Origin: a virus
Taxonomy: Duplodnaviria; Caudoviricetes
Direction: 5' to 3' (one strand)
DNA length: 60,016 nt
Virus record (IMG/VR): IMGVR_UViG_3300049930_000038
Span: 1-60,016 of that record
Shown here piece after piece: positions 1 to 9,543 of the stretch (position 1 is its first letter; each line of letters starts with the position of its first letter). A program made the translations under genes and the position numbers. Below the pieces are notes generated by a model. The model ran no database searches and was not told the origin of the DNA. It was given only the letters and a program-made list of their open reading frames with translations.

Positions 1-256
1 ACGGTTTCATCATCGACGGTGTCGATGACCGCGAGCAGATCGAGCCGGAACTCGCCGTTCGCTTTCTCGATCTGACGGTCGCACCACTCGGCGAGCTTGC
101 CGAGCGCCGCCTGCAGGCGCTTGGCTCGATCGAGTGCGTTCATCAGGCAGCACCGTCGACCGCTGCAGGTTCGAGCTCGGTCACGTCGGCGACGTCGTCG
201 TCGCCCGCAGCGGCAGCCTTGCCGTCAGCGCCGCCGCCGCGCTTGCGCTTGCCCGC
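1..256 (+). repeat. Terminal direct repeat / assembly overlap, left copy
   Basis: Matches 59761-60016 except positions 83, 86, 129 (A here, G there). Confidence 0.97.
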
Positions 257-541
257 CATGCCGTCGAAATCCATCGCCTGCTGTGCGTCGACGTTCGCCT
301 CGTGTGTGTCGACCTCGTCGGCGAGCGTCGAGATCTTTTCTTTCAGCAGCTTAAGCTCGCCGTTGTATTTCTCGGCGGCCGCAGCTTTCTTGCCCTCGAC
401 GTCCTCGGCCTTTTTTAGGTACGAGGCGAGCTCGTCGCATCGAGCTCGCCACTGCTCGTCGGTCAGCCTGACGCGAACGAGGCCCGTGCCCTCGTCGTTC
501 GCTGCCGCTCGTTTCTCGCGTCCCTTTTTACGTGCTGCCAT
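143..541 (-). CDS. Hypothetical coiled-coil protein
   Basis: 132 aa, GAGG SD upstream, stop overlaps ATG of the gene at 59346-59903 across the circular junction. Confidence 0.8.
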   Translation of the reverse strand: MAARKKGREKRAAANDEGTGLVRVRLTDEQWRARCDELASYLKKAEDVEGKKAAAAEKYNGELKLLKEKISTLADEVDTHEANVDAQQAMDFDGMAGKRKRGGGADGKAAAAGDDDVADVTELEPAAVDGAA

Positions 542-844
542 GTGTCCTCGCTGTCTGTCGCCCGGCAGCCCGCCGCGATCGGGCTGTCGGTTAGAGGTTT
601 CGAGCGAGGCGGTTTAGCGGGGCGGTTCATTGGGTTTCTCTGCTGCTGTCGGGCGATGGGCCCGGGTGACTGAACGGGTGCCGCTTATCGAACGGCGCCA
701 GAATCGTTTATGAGCGCCTCGCCGGCAGGCATGCACGGCAGGTCGCAATTTCCGGGAACGCTCGAGGACACCCCCAAAGCGCGCCGGCACGAGGCCGGAT
801 CGCCAGCCGCACGCGCGAGCAGGGGTGACGCCCGAGCAGGCGGG

Positions 845-1549
845 TCATGGGTTCACCGGCCGAGGCTTGGCGGGGTCGTGGCAATCGACGACGAGGACCG
901 CCGACCCGACGTGCTGCTCGACGAGGCGTCGCACCCCTGCGGCGCCGAGGTGTTTCGTCAGGCCCGCTTTCGTCAGCGGCAGCCCGGTCGTCACGACCGT
1001 CGCCCGGCACTCGTCGTACCGCGACGACAGCACCGGGAACACCGCGCCGGGTTCCTCGAGCCCGAGGTCGTCGAGCACGAGCAGCCCGCAGCGCGCTGCC
1101 TTGGCGAGCAGCTCGGGCGTGCCGGCGCCGAGGGCATGCCGACGCTCGGCCGTCGCGAGCTCGATCGCCGACACCCAAACGAGATCCGTCGCAGCCTTGC
1201 ATCGCTCGCCGCCCGATGCCTCGAACTCGGCGAGCGCTCGTCGCACGAGGACCGCCGCCGCCGTCGACTTGCCGCAGCCGGTCGGGCCCGACAGCACGGC
1301 CGCGACGGCGTGCGCGTTCCGCACCTTGCCGAGCAGGCGCCGCCCGGCGATGCCGGTGCGCTCGTGCTCGAGCCGTTTCAGCAGGTCGGCGATCGGCGCC
1401 CGGTACGTCGTCGGCACGTTCTGCCATGCGAGGCCCGCCCTGCGGTTCAGCTCGCGCTCGGCCTCGGTTCGCTTTGCCTCGCGAGCTCGCGCCTCGGCGA
1501 CCTCGTCGGGCGCAGGCGGCAGCGTGAACAGGTCACCGGCGGGCTGCAC
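845..1549 (-). CDS. DnaC/IstB-like AAA+ helicase loader
   Basis: Walker A GPTGCGKST, Walker B LLVLDDLG, directly downstream of initiator. Confidence 0.85.
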   Translation of the reverse strand: MQPAGDLFTLPPAPDEVAEARAREAKRTEAERELNRRAGLAWQNVPTTYRAPIADLLKRLEHERTGIAGRRLLGKVRNAHAVAAVLSGPTGCGKSTAAAVLVRRALAEFEASGGERCKAATDLVWVSAIELATAERRHALGAGTPELLAKAARCGLLVLDDLGLEEPGAVFPVLSSRYDECRATVVTTGLPLTKAGLTKHLGAAGVRRLVEQHVGSAVLVVDCHDPAKPRPVNP

Positions 1550-2495
1550 GTCGAGGCCTTTCGGGTGCGGGTGCCGGCAGGTCGAGCGCCTCGAACCCCG
1601 TGCGGTCAGCGTCGGGCTGCAGCTGCGCGACGCCGTTCGTCGGCATGCGCCCTCGCCGCAGCGTCGCGCCGCCCTGCTCGCTGTGCTGCATCGCCTTGGC
1701 TCGGTCCTGCTCGCCCTGCTTTTTGGCGTCGAGCAGCCACAGATCGAACCGCTTGTCAGTGCCCGCCTCGGTCGCCGGGAACTCTTTTCGAAAGCGGGTC
1801 ACGCGGAACCGCTCGGCCTCGTCGGCGACGTTCAGGGCGAACTCGGCGCAGCGCCCGACGTGCCGGTCTTTCGGGCCCGTCCACCATTCGGGCACGTCGA
1901 GCGTCATCGCCGGCTGCGCCTGCAGCACCGGCGCATCGAACACACCCGACGGCAGCGGGGTCGCGCGCGCGGGTCCGTCTTTAGCGGGGTGGTTAGGGAT
2001 CGGATCCGGATCCGAATGATCAGGATCTTCTAAAGACTGATCAGAGGGCAGAGGACAAAGCAAAGCGTTACTCGCGTTACCGGTAACGGTAGTAACAGGG
2101 GCGCTGACGGGTTGAAACGGCGCCGGCTTGGCGCGCTTTTTTGCCTTGAACTTGGCCTGCCGTTCAGCGTTCTGCACCTGCGATTCGGTGCGCATTTCCC
2201 GATATTTGCGATGGTTCAGGACGTGCCACCCGCCGTCGATTTCCTCGATCCGGCGCCCCTCGTGATCCGGCGTGCGGCTGAACGGGTCCGGTTTCTGAAA
2301 CTGATCGAGCGCCTGCAGCACCTCGGGAATCGTCACGCCGGCGTCCTGCGCGAGGCCCGGCACGCTCGACATGACGTTCCCATGCTTGTCAGCGAGCACG
2401 AGCAGCGCGAACCAAGTCAGGCGCAGGTGTGCGGGTTGTCCCACCCACACCGACGATTTCAGGATGTGACCGTATATCTTAACGAAACCACTCAC
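1533..2495 (-). CDS. Phage replication initiator (O-like)
   Basis: N-terminal FVKIYGHILKSSVW wHTH-type start, low-complexity central linker with iteron-like repeats, coupled to DnaC-like gene. Confidence 0.75.
   Translation of the reverse strand: MSGFVKIYGHILKSSVWVGQPAHLRLTWFALLVLADKHGNVMSSVPGLAQDAGVTIPEVLQALDQFQKPDPFSRTPDHEGRRIEEIDGGWHVLNHRKYREMRTESQVQNAERQAKFKAKKRAKPAPFQPVSAPVTTVTGNASNALLCPLPSDQSLEDPDHSDPDPIPNHPAKDGPARATPLPSGVFDAPVLQAQPAMTLDVPEWWTGPKDRHVGRCAEFALNVADEAERFRVTRFRKEFPATEAGTDKRFDLWLLDAKKQGEQDRAKAMQHSEQGGATLRRGRMPTNGVAQLQPDADRTGFEALDLPAPAPERPRRAARR
1998..2096. promoter_or_regulatory. Putative replication origin inside initiator gene
   Basis: GTTAC at 2067 and 2076, GTAAC at 2083 and 2092, palindrome CGTTACCGGTAACG 2075-2088, six GATC in 1998-2042. 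Confidence 0.6.
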
Positions 2496-2582
2496 GTTTT
2501 TGCCTGCATCAAAAAGTGTCCCCGGATGGTGCGCATCGGATCAGCACACTTTCGTCTCGCATTTTTCCGGCCGGCGTGTCAA

Positions 2583-2626
2583 CGTTACCGTGCGTTACCG
2601 GTTCAGACGGGTAACGCGAGGTAATG
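2583..2626. promoter_or_regulatory. Iteron-like operator in divergent intergenic region
   Basis: CGTTACCG x2 (2583, 2593) then GGTAACG (2610) and GGTAATG (2620). Confidence 0.6.
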
Positions 2627-2652
2627 CGCAGACACACACGAGGGCACCCGCC

Positions 2653-2871
2653 ATGAACACGAACCGAACCCCGTCGCCCATGGAGCCACCCGACGCCGTG
2701 CTCGCGCTGCAGCGCGAGGTCGAGCGTCGCGCCGCAGGTCGAGCCGACCTCGTGCCGTTCGTCGCATGGCTGCGCACACGTCTCGACGTGCTCGCTGCGG
2801 AACTGACACCCGCACACCGAACGCCCGCGAGCTCGACGAAACCGCTGCAGGTCGACCGGTCGCTGAACTAA
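2653..2871 (+). CDS. Hypothetical protein
   Basis: ATG 2653 with GAGGG SD, first gene of rightward operon. Confidence 0.6.
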   Translation: MNTNRTPSPMEPPDAVLALQREVERRAAGRADLVPFVAWLRTRLDVLAAELTPAHRTPASSTKPLQVDRSLN

Positions 2872-2886
2872 CATCGCGGCCGGACC

Positions 2887-3321
2887 ATGAACGCGCTTGA
2901 CCTGCCGCTGTGCGCCGTGTGCCGAACGCGCGTCGCGCGGGTCGAGCGCGTGTTCGATCCGAACGCGAACCGAGGGCTCGGCGCGCACACGCTGATCGCG
3001 CACTGCCACGGCGAGCGCGACGTCGTCGACATCAGCGACGAGGACCTGCTCGCGATGGTGCCCGACAGCATGCGAGCCGGCGTCGCGTTCACACGCGGCG
3101 GGTTCATCGGTCGTGCAACACACGACGCCGCCGCCGGCGCGCGCGTCGAGGTCGACCTGCGCGATGCAGCTTTCAGTGCACCGCGCCCTTATGTCGCGCG
3201 CAGTGGTTTCCGTTATGGGGCGGACCATGGCGACACACCGAACGGACCGCCACAGCAGCCACTTAACGGGGCACTCGCATTTCGATTGTCGTCGTCGCAC
3301 CGACGCTCGCGCACACGGTGA
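2887..3321 (+). CDS. Hypothetical protein with CxxC...CH motif
   Basis: ORF with phage-typical codon usage in the N-terminal part. Confidence 0.6.
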   Translation: MNALDLPLCAVCRTRVARVERVFDPNANRGLGAHTLIAHCHGERDVVDISDEDLLAMVPDSMRAGVAFTRGGFIGRATHDAAAGARVEVDLRDAAFSAPRPYVARSGFRYGADHGDTPNGPPQQPLNGALAFRLSSSHRRSRTR

Positions 3322-3324
3322 ACG

Positions 3325-3570
3325 ATGATGCGACTCGACGTGCACATGACGCCGCGTCAGCACCGCGACGGGTTCGCAGACCGCATCGCCCTGCTGCTGT
3401 TCAAGGGAACTTTTCGCGCGATGCAAGGCCGATGGCGCGCGCGCCGTCAGCTCGTCGTGTACGACTGCCGCCCCTGCCGAAAGCAGCTCGCGCTGCGGCA
3501 GGTGACGTTCGACCTCGAACCGCTCGACGACATCGCTGACGCCGTCGTCGCGCAGCAGCAGGTGCGCTGA
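3325..3570 (+). CDS. Hypothetical protein (CxxC)
   Basis: 81 aa, TGATG coupling to next gene. Confidence 0.65.
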   Translation: MMRLDVHMTPRQHRDGFADRIALLLFKGTFRAMQGRWRARRQLVVYDCRPCRKQLALRQVTFDLEPLDDIADAVVAQQQVR

Positions 3571-3935
3571 TGCCGCGCCGAATGTCGTTCAGCCTGACCG
3601 AGCCGCAGCTACTCGCCGGCGAAAAGGACGTCACGCGCCGGCTCGGTTGGCTCGACCTGCGCGAGGGCGACTCGATCGTCGCGCTGCGGAAAGGCATGGG
3701 TCTGCGCAAGGGCGAGCGTCAGGTCGTGCTCGGGACGATCCGCGTCGTGCGCGTCAGTCGCGAACGGCTGAACACCATCAGCGCCGACGAGGTGCGACGC
3801 GAGGGGTTCCCGCAGGAAACGCCCGAGTCGTTCGTCGCTTTCTTTTGCCGAGCAAACAAGTGCGATCCAAGTGCGTTCGTAACGCGCATCGAGTTTCAAT
3901 TCACGAAAGGGCCCGACACCCGCCATGGCAGTTAA
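3570..3935 (+). CDS. ASCH/PUA-like domain protein
   Basis: GEKDVTRR...IRVVRVSRERLNTISADEVRREGF matches ASCH signature. Confidence 0.8.
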   Translation: MPRRMSFSLTEPQLLAGEKDVTRRLGWLDLREGDSIVALRKGMGLRKGERQVVLGTIRVVRVSRERLNTISADEVRREGFPQETPESFVAFFCRANKCDPSAFVTRIEFQFTKGPDTRHGS

Positions 3936-4353
3936 AGTGCGACGGTACGCGCAGGACACGAAAGTGCCTGCCGGGATCACGAAAGACGAAATCGAACGGC
4001 TGCTGCGAAAGGGCGGCGCGACGCAGATCTTTTCGGGGTTTAACGAGGACACGAAACAGATCACCCTCGGATGGCGACTCGACGGTCGCAATTACAAGCT
4101 GACGAGCTCGACAGACAGACCGACGCGACGCTGCGACGAGCAGCAGATCGAGCGCGAGGCTTGGCGCGTCCTGCTGCTGCTGCTGAAAGCAAAGCTCGAG
4201 GTCATTGCCGCCGGCGGCACGTCGTTCGAGTCAGAGTTTCTCGCGAACCTGCTGCTGCCTGACGGCACGACGGTCGGCGAGGATGTGCTGCCGAAAGTCG
4301 CGCATGCGTACGAAACCGCGAGCATGCCGAACCTGCTCGGCGCCGGCGCATGA
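3925..4353 (+). CDS. Phage hypothetical protein
   Basis: 142 aa, WRVLLLLLKAKLE...FESEFLANLLLPDG motif, overlapping neighbours. Confidence 0.75.
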   Translation: MAVKVRRYAQDTKVPAGITKDEIERLLRKGGATQIFSGFNEDTKQITLGWRLDGRNYKLTSSTDRPTRRCDEQQIEREAWRVLLLLLKAKLEVIAAGGTSFESEFLANLLLPDGTTVGEDVLPKVAHAYETASMPNLLGAGA

Positions 4354-4598
4354 CGACGACCGAGGCAGCGTTCGACGAGGGCGCCCGATGGTGTCGGGTG
4401 CACGCCGAGGCATGGGTTTTCTTTCCGGCGCTCGGCACGTTCACGGGTATGGCGTTTCATCGAGGGCCCGAGCTCGCATGGTGCGCCCACTGCGCCGGCA
4501 TGGTGCACACCGGGCTCGGGTTCGTCGATGCCGTCGCCATCGTGGAACAGGCAGCGCTGAACGACCTCGACGCGACGACTGACGCCCTTAAGCTGTGA
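4350..4598 (+). CDS. Hypothetical protein (CxxH/CxxC)
   Basis: ATGA coupling to upstream gene. Confidence 0.6.
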   Translation: MTTTEAAFDEGARWCRVHAEAWVFFPALGTFTGMAFHRGPELAWCAHCAGMVHTGLGFVDAVAIVEQAALNDLDATTDALKL

Positions 4599-4650
4599 CG
4601 TCAGCCTGCCGCACACTCGCGGCGCTGTTTCAATTCGGAGGGTTCGCACA

Positions 4651-5751
4651 ATGGCACAGCCTGCATTCGACGACGTCGTCACCTCGGTTCGCCCGGCACC
4701 GTTCGCTGCCACCTGCAGGGCGACGGGCATTCACTCGCGCGACCGCGAGCAGTGGCTGCGCGCGCGCCGGCACGGCATGACCGGCAGCGAGGTCGCTGCC
4801 ATCCTGAACCTGCACCCGTATAAGTCGGCGCTCGAGGTGTACGCCGAAAAGGTCGGGCTCGCCCCGGCGAACGACGTGCACGAGGCGGCGCTTTGGGGTC
4901 AGCTGTTCGAGCCGGCGATCCTCGCCGAGTATGGGCGCCGCAGCGGGCGCGTCGTCGTGCCCTCGGGCGAGCTGCTGCAGTCGAAAGCTCGCGAATGGTG
5001 GCTCGTCACGCCCGACGGCGTGCAGCTCGAGGGCCCGAACATGCCGGCTTTCGCCGTCGGCGACGGCCTCGTCGAGATCAAAACCACCGGCAACGGGCCG
5101 TCATGGCACGAGGAAATACCGGCATACGTGCAGGTGCAGGTGCAGCATCAGCTGCTCGTCACGGGCGCGCTGTGGAACACGCTCGCATGGCTGCCGTTTC
5201 CCGAGCGCGAGCTGCAGTGGTACGACGTCGCGCCGCACCGCGAGTTTCAGGCGTTGCTCGCTGCCAAGTGTGACGAATTTTGGACTCGCGTCCTCGAACG
5301 CCGCCCGCCGGATCCGGACGGCAGCGACAGCGCCCGCCGCGCGATCCTCGCGATGAACCCGCAGCTCGACGACGAGGTCGTCGATTTCGACGCGACCGCA
5401 GTGCCCATCGCCGACGAGCTCGAACAGATCAGCGCGACGATCAAGCAGCTCGAGGCGCGCAAGGATCTGATCTCGAACGTCGTCCTGCACACCCTCGGCG
5501 AGCAAAAGGCCGGGCTGCTGCCGGACGGGCGCTATTTCAATTCATGGATCGTCGACGCGAGCGAGTCGCGCTGCAGCTGCGGGCAGGTGCACACGAGTCG
5601 CAAGGGGTTCCGGGCGTGCCGCCTGATGGCGCCGCGAAAGAAACCGCACCCGCTGCCGGTCGGCACCCGGTCGCTGTCGATGAAACCGAGCGACGAAATA
5701 GCCGACCTGCTGCGCGCCTCGCTCGAGCTCGTCAAGCGGGGCGAGCCTTGA
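4651..5751 (+). CDS. YqaJ-family (lambda exo-like) recombination exonuclease
   Basis: WLRARRHGMTGSEVAAIL, TPDG, LVEIKT, YVQVQVQHQLLVTG; GGAGG SD. Confidence 0.9.
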   Translation: MAQPAFDDVVTSVRPAPFAATCRATGIHSRDREQWLRARRHGMTGSEVAAILNLHPYKSALEVYAEKVGLAPANDVHEAALWGQLFEPAILAEYGRRSGRVVVPSGELLQSKAREWWLVTPDGVQLEGPNMPAFAVGDGLVEIKTTGNGPSWHEEIPAYVQVQVQHQLLVTGALWNTLAWLPFPERELQWYDVAPHREFQALLAAKCDEFWTRVLERRPPDPDGSDSARRAILAMNPQLDDEVVDFDATAVPIADELEQISATIKQLEARKDLISNVVLHTLGEQKAGLLPDGRYFNSWIVDASESRCSCGQVHTSRKGFRACRLMAPRKKPHPLPVGTRSLSMKPSDEIADLLRASLELVKRGEP

Positions 5752-6626
5752 CCCTGCCGCAGTGCCCGATGCGCAGCGCGCCCCTGCAGTGCAAGCCTGC
5801 CCTGTTCGGGCCGACCTGCATATTCTGTCACCGGGTGCTCGATAAGTCGCCGGCGTATATCGCGACGCTCGCCGCCGAAATGCTCGCGAGCGACAGCATC
5901 GCGCAGGACGCCCTGCAGGCGGCGGCCGATGGCAAGCTGCAGCCGCCGCCCGCGCCGCTGACCTGCCCGCTGTGCTCGTTCGCGGCCGCCGGCGACAGCG
6001 GGTGCCCGGCGTGCGGCGCGTCGTTCTATCGCGTCGTTCGCCTGCGCGATCCCGAGGGGCAGGTCGTCGCGGCAGCGAGGCCCGAGGTCGTCGCAGCCGC
6101 TCGTCGCATCAAACGGGCGCTGCTCGCCGAGGCTGACCGCGCCGCGGGCATCGACACCAGCACACCGCAGCGCCCGCTCGCCCGCCTCGACGAGGTGCGC
6201 GCCGAGCTCGACGGCGAGCTGTCGATGTCGCAGGCCGAGCGCCTGCTGCGCGAGGACCTGCCGCCGCTGCTCGCCGTGCTCGCCCGGGTGCGCGAGCTCG
6301 TCGACGAGGCCGTCGCCCGAAAGTCGACGGCTGCGCAGCTCGAGGTGTTCGCAGACATCCGTGACCTGCTGTATCCCGGCCTCGCCTCGACATGGCAGAT
6401 CCCGGCCGACATCCCTGACGCGCCGCCCGCGTGCCCGACCTGCGGCAAGCCGATGCAGCGCGCGACGGTCATGTCAGCGGGGCAGCGCCCGCGCGACGCC
6501 GGCGACGTGTGCCTCGACTGCAGCGGCCTGCGCGAACCGCTGCGCCCCTGCGCCGAGTGCGGGCGCCTGACGCAGCACGAGCTGTGTTCGCAGTGCGCTG
6601 ACCCTGACGAATGCGGGCGCGTGTGA
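5748..6626 (+). CDS. Multi-zinc-finger hypothetical protein
   Basis: TTG start overlapping YqaJ stop; seven CxxC pairs. Confidence 0.7.
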   Translation: MTLPQCPMRSAPLQCKPALFGPTCIFCHRVLDKSPAYIATLAAEMLASDSIAQDALQAAADGKLQPPPAPLTCPLCSFAAAGDSGCPACGASFYRVVRLRDPEGQVVAAARPEVVAAARRIKRALLAEADRAAGIDTSTPQRPLARLDEVRAELDGELSMSQAERLLREDLPPLLAVLARVRELVDEAVARKSTAAQLEVFADIRDLLYPGLASTWQIPADIPDAPPACPTCGKPMQRATVMSAGQRPRDAGDVCLDCSGLREPLRPCAECGRLTQHELCSQCADPDECGRV

Positions 6627-6925
6627 TGCGCTCGACCGCCCCGCAGGATCGCTCGCCGATCGGCAAGCGCGTGCAGGATCGCCGGCGGCAGCTCGGGCTG
6701 ACGCCGGCCGAGCTCGGCGAGCGCCTCGGGTGCTCGGCGGGGCGGGTCTACAATATCGAGTGTTACGGGGTCGGAACGCTCGACCTCGTCGAGCAGCTCG
6801 CCCGGGCGCTCGACGAGGACCCTCGATGGATCGCGTTCGGCAGCTATCGCGACGACGAGCTGCGCGAGCACGCCCGGCAGCGCGGCCTCGACGCTGCGCG
6901 TACACTCGACCGCCTCGGCGCTTGA
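6626..6925 (+). CDS. XRE/Cro-like HTH regulator
   Basis: IGKRVQDRRRQLGLTPAELGERLGCSAGRVYNIE. Confidence 0.85.
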   Translation: MRSTAPQDRSPIGKRVQDRRRQLGLTPAELGERLGCSAGRVYNIECYGVGTLDLVEQLARALDEDPRWIAFGSYRDDELREHARQRGLDAARTLDRLGA

Positions 6926-7251
6926 AAGACTTTCCAGATCTGACCGACCGCGAGCTCGCGTTTCGCGCGATGCTGCAGAACCCCGCCAAGCTCGCCGCAT
7001 GGTGCGAGCGAGCGCGCCATCGATGGGAACGCCGGCGCGGCATTGAATGGTTTCACGGCTACAGGCACGGCCGCGAGATCTGGAAAACGGTTCGCCCGCC
7101 GCCCGACGAGAACAGCTCGCCGCGCTTTCGCGAGAACGCCGAGGTCGCCGCGCAGTACCGCGCCGCCGAGGCCGCTGCCAAAGCGGAACGACTCGCGCCT
7201 CCATCAGCGACGACGACCCGCACCGGCACACACCCCGCGCGCACGGGGTGA
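6922..7251 (+). CDS. Hypothetical protein
   Basis: TTGA coupling; LKDFPDLTDRELAF start. Confidence 0.55.
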   Translation: MKDFPDLTDRELAFRAMLQNPAKLAAWCERARHRWERRRGIEWFHGYRHGREIWKTVRPPPDENSSPRFRENAEVAAQYRAAEAAAKAERLAPPSATTTRTGTHPARTG

Positions 7252-7261
7252 CGATTTGCGT

Positions 7262-7286
7262 TCAAGGGCGGCGCAGTCGAGCCGTT
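7262..7286 (+). promoter_or_regulatory. Sigma28-like promoter
   Basis: TCAAG-N14-GCCGTT, ATG 10 nt later at 7297. Confidence 0.65.
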
Positions 7287-7296
7287 CCCTGCCGCC

Positions 7297-7503
7297 ATGG
7301 GTCAAGGCAAGGTCGAGAAACCTGTTACGCTAACCGAGCTGCGCGACGCGAGCACTAGCCTGAAAGCATGGCGCACCGGCGCCCTCGTTCGCCTCGCGCG
7401 CAAGCAGACCGAGCGAGTCATGTCACGACGCAGCGGCACGAGGCCGGTCGTCGCTGACGGGCCGCCGAGCAGCAGGAAAAACCGACATGGGATCAACCGA
7501 TAA
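7297..7503 (+). CDS. Small basic hypothetical protein
   Basis: 68 aa directly after promoter motif, overlaps recT start. Confidence 0.55.
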   Translation: MGQGKVEKPVTLTELRDASTSLKAWRTGALVRLARKQTERVMSRRSGTRPVVADGPPSSRKNRHGINR

Positions 7504-8620
7504 CCGACGACCGCAGGGGCAGCGACCGCAGCAGGCGCGCCCACAGACGCAGGCGCAGACGCCGCCGCAGGGCGAGCAGCGTCAGCCAACCAAGCTCGAC
7601 GACGTGCGGGCCCTCGTGAAACATCGCATGACGCCCGCCATCTCGCGGCTGCTCGCACACCGCTCGGTCGAGGACCGCACGCGGTTCGCGCAGGTGTTCC
7701 TAAACGCGCTCGAGGTGAACCCGGAACTGATCGAGTGCAGCCCGGGCTCGATCGCGCGAGCGATGCAGCACTGCGCCGAGGTCGACCTCGTGCCGGGCGG
7801 CGCCTACCCGCACGCCTATTTGCTTCCCTATTGGAACAAGGATCGCAAGGTTCACGAGGTCCAGTTTCAGATCTCGGTTTGGGGTTATGTCGAGCTGATC
7901 CGCCGCGCCGGCGTTCAAAAGGTGTGGGCCGACGTCATCTATTCGGGCGACAAATACAAGCTGACGAGCGGCAGCGCCGGCAAGTCGATCGAGCACGAGC
8001 CGAATTGGTTCGCGCCTCGCGCCGAGCGGGGCAAGCTCGTCGGCGCGTACGCCTGCGCGCTGCTCGAGAACGGCGAGGTCGTCTGCGAACCCGTCAGCGC
8101 CGAGGATCTCGAGCTCGCCCGCGCGCAGAACCGCGGCAAGTCGCCGGCATGGGAACTGTGGCCCGATCAGCAGCGGCAGAAAGTCGCGCTGAAACGCCTG
8201 CAGAAATACCTGCCGAAAGGCCCGGCTGATCGCGCGCTCGAGCTCGACGAGGATCCCGGCACGCGCCCTCGCGGCATCATCGACGCCGAGGGGCACGAGG
8301 TGTCGCCCGTCGACGACGAGCCGCAGCAGCAGCAGGGCCCGCTCGACCGCGCCGTCGAGCAGCACAAGGTCGAGCAGCAGGTGCAGCAGACGCAGGGCGG
8401 CAGTCAGACGACGACGCTCGATCGCGATCAACTGTTCGGCATGCTGTGCGACGCCGACGAGCGATGGCAGACCGAGCGCGCGCGCGTCGACGGATGGGAC
8501 GACATCGAGGCGCTGTCGGCGCTCGCGTTCCTGCGCACCATCCTCGGCGACGGTGTCGGTCTCGATGGGACACCGCCCGTCATGCCCGAGTGCATGCGCC
8601 TGCCGCGCGACGCCGCGTGA
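7487..8620 (+). CDS. recT: RecT-family single-strand annealing protein
   Basis: HAYLLPY, QFQISVWGYVELIRRAG, GAYACA, KVALKRLQKYLP. Confidence 0.9.
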   Translation: MGSTDNRRPQGQRPQQARPQTQAQTPPQGEQRQPTKLDDVRALVKHRMTPAISRLLAHRSVEDRTRFAQVFLNALEVNPELIECSPGSIARAMQHCAEVDLVPGGAYPHAYLLPYWNKDRKVHEVQFQISVWGYVELIRRAGVQKVWADVIYSGDKYKLTSGSAGKSIEHEPNWFAPRAERGKLVGAYACALLENGEVVCEPVSAEDLELARAQNRGKSPAWELWPDQQRQKVALKRLQKYLPKGPADRALELDEDPGTRPRGIIDAEGHEVSPVDDEPQQQQGPLDRAVEQHKVEQQVQQTQGGSQTTTLDRDQLFGMLCDADERWQTERARVDGWDDIEALSALAFLRTILGDGVGLDGTPPVMPECMRLPRDAA

Positions 8621-8628
8621 TCTTTTCG

Positions 8629-8664
8629 GGACGCCGAGGGGTTAACCTGCCACCCTCGGCGTCC
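8629..8664 (+). terminator. Hairpin after recT
   Basis: 12-bp perfect stem GGACGCCGAGGG/CCCTCGGCGTCC, weak U tract. Confidence 0.5.
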
Positions 8665-8692
8665 GTTCCAATCCGGCTCGGAGGGTTTCAGT

Positions 8693-8878
8693 TTGGCAGT
8701 GTTGCTCGTGTTCGGTCTCGCGCCGCGCGCCGTCGCGATTTATGAGTCGTTCGGTGACAACGACGCCGAGCGCCGCGAGGCGCTCGAACTCGTGCTCGAC
8801 GAGGCGAACCGTCGTCGCCTCGCCGAGCTCGACAATCGATGGCGCCGCGTCGCGCGCCGGGGCGGCGGGTCGTCGTGA
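8693..8878 (+). CDS. Hypothetical protein
   Basis: TTG start with GGAGGG SD, GTGA coupling to next gene. Confidence 0.55.
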   Translation: MAVLLVFGLAPRAVAIYESFGDNDAERREALELVLDEANRRRLAELDNRWRRVARRGGGSS

Positions 8879-9171
8879 CCGAGCGCCTGACGGGTTCGCC
8901 CGAGCCGTCCTCGCGCCTCGGCGCTGCCGACGCAGGATGGCGGTTCGCCGAGCGGCATCGAGGGCAGGTGCTCGTGCTGCAGCACTCGGGCGCCGAGGGC
9001 AACCGATGGCAGCTGCGCGCCGCCTGCGTCGAGCTCGGCGCTGCGGTCGCGACGTTCAAGGCACGCCGGCAGCAGGTCGTGCGCGGCGCTGTCGCGCTGT
9101 GGCACGCCGGGCGTGTGATCCGATACGAGACGGCGAGCGACCGAGCGACGATTTCGTTCAAGGCAGGCTGA
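8875..9171 (+). CDS. Hypothetical protein
   Basis: GTG start overlapping upstream stop. Confidence 0.55.
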   Translation: MTERLTGSPEPSSRLGAADAGWRFAERHRGQVLVLQHSGAEGNRWQLRAACVELGAAVATFKARRQQVVRGAVALWHAGRVIRYETASDRATISFKAG

Positions 9172-9182
9172 CTCGTGCCGTT
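9158..9182 (+). promoter_or_regulatory. Sigma28-like promoter
   Basis: TCAAG-N14-GCCGTT, in-frame GTG 10 nt later at 9193. Confidence 0.6.
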
Positions 9183-9192
9183 CACAGGGTCG

Positions 9193-9543
9193 GTGCCTGC
9201 CGCTGCTGTTTCGTTTCCGACCGACGAGCTCGAACGCTTGCCGGTCGTCACGTGCTCGTGCGGGCAGCACGCCGCCGGCGCCTGCCCCGATGACTATCGG
9301 CGCGACCTCGAACCGAGCGACTCGACGATCGCCGAGCTGCAGTCGGTCATCGTGGCGATGCGACACCGCGACGGCGACGACGCCGTCGAGCTCGAACGCG
9401 ACCTCGACCTGTACCTGCAGCAGCTGCATCACGTCAGCTGCTTGCCCGATCCGCAGTCGCCGCCGCGTTCGGTGCAGCTGATCCGTCTGTCTATCGCGCT
9501 CGCCGCGACCGCCATCCGTTACCGCGAGGAACTGAAACCATGA
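9193..9543 (+). CDS. Hypothetical protein (CxCGxH...C)
   Basis: ATGA coupling to ATPase gene. Confidence 0.65.
   Translation: MPAAAVSFPTDELERLPVVTCSCGQHAAGACPDDYRRDLEPSDSTIAELQSVIVAMRHRDGDDAVELERDLDLYLQQLHHVSCLPDPQSPPRSVQLIRLSIALAATAIRYREELKP

Noticed and set aside
1-256. Biological terminal repeat (T7-like DTR)
   Set aside because: It cuts through two genes and is more simply a circular assembly overlap; reads are needed to define real termini
6626-6925. CI-type immunity repressor
   Set aside because: Short HTH without peptidase domain, mid-operon, no divergent cro or operator array seen
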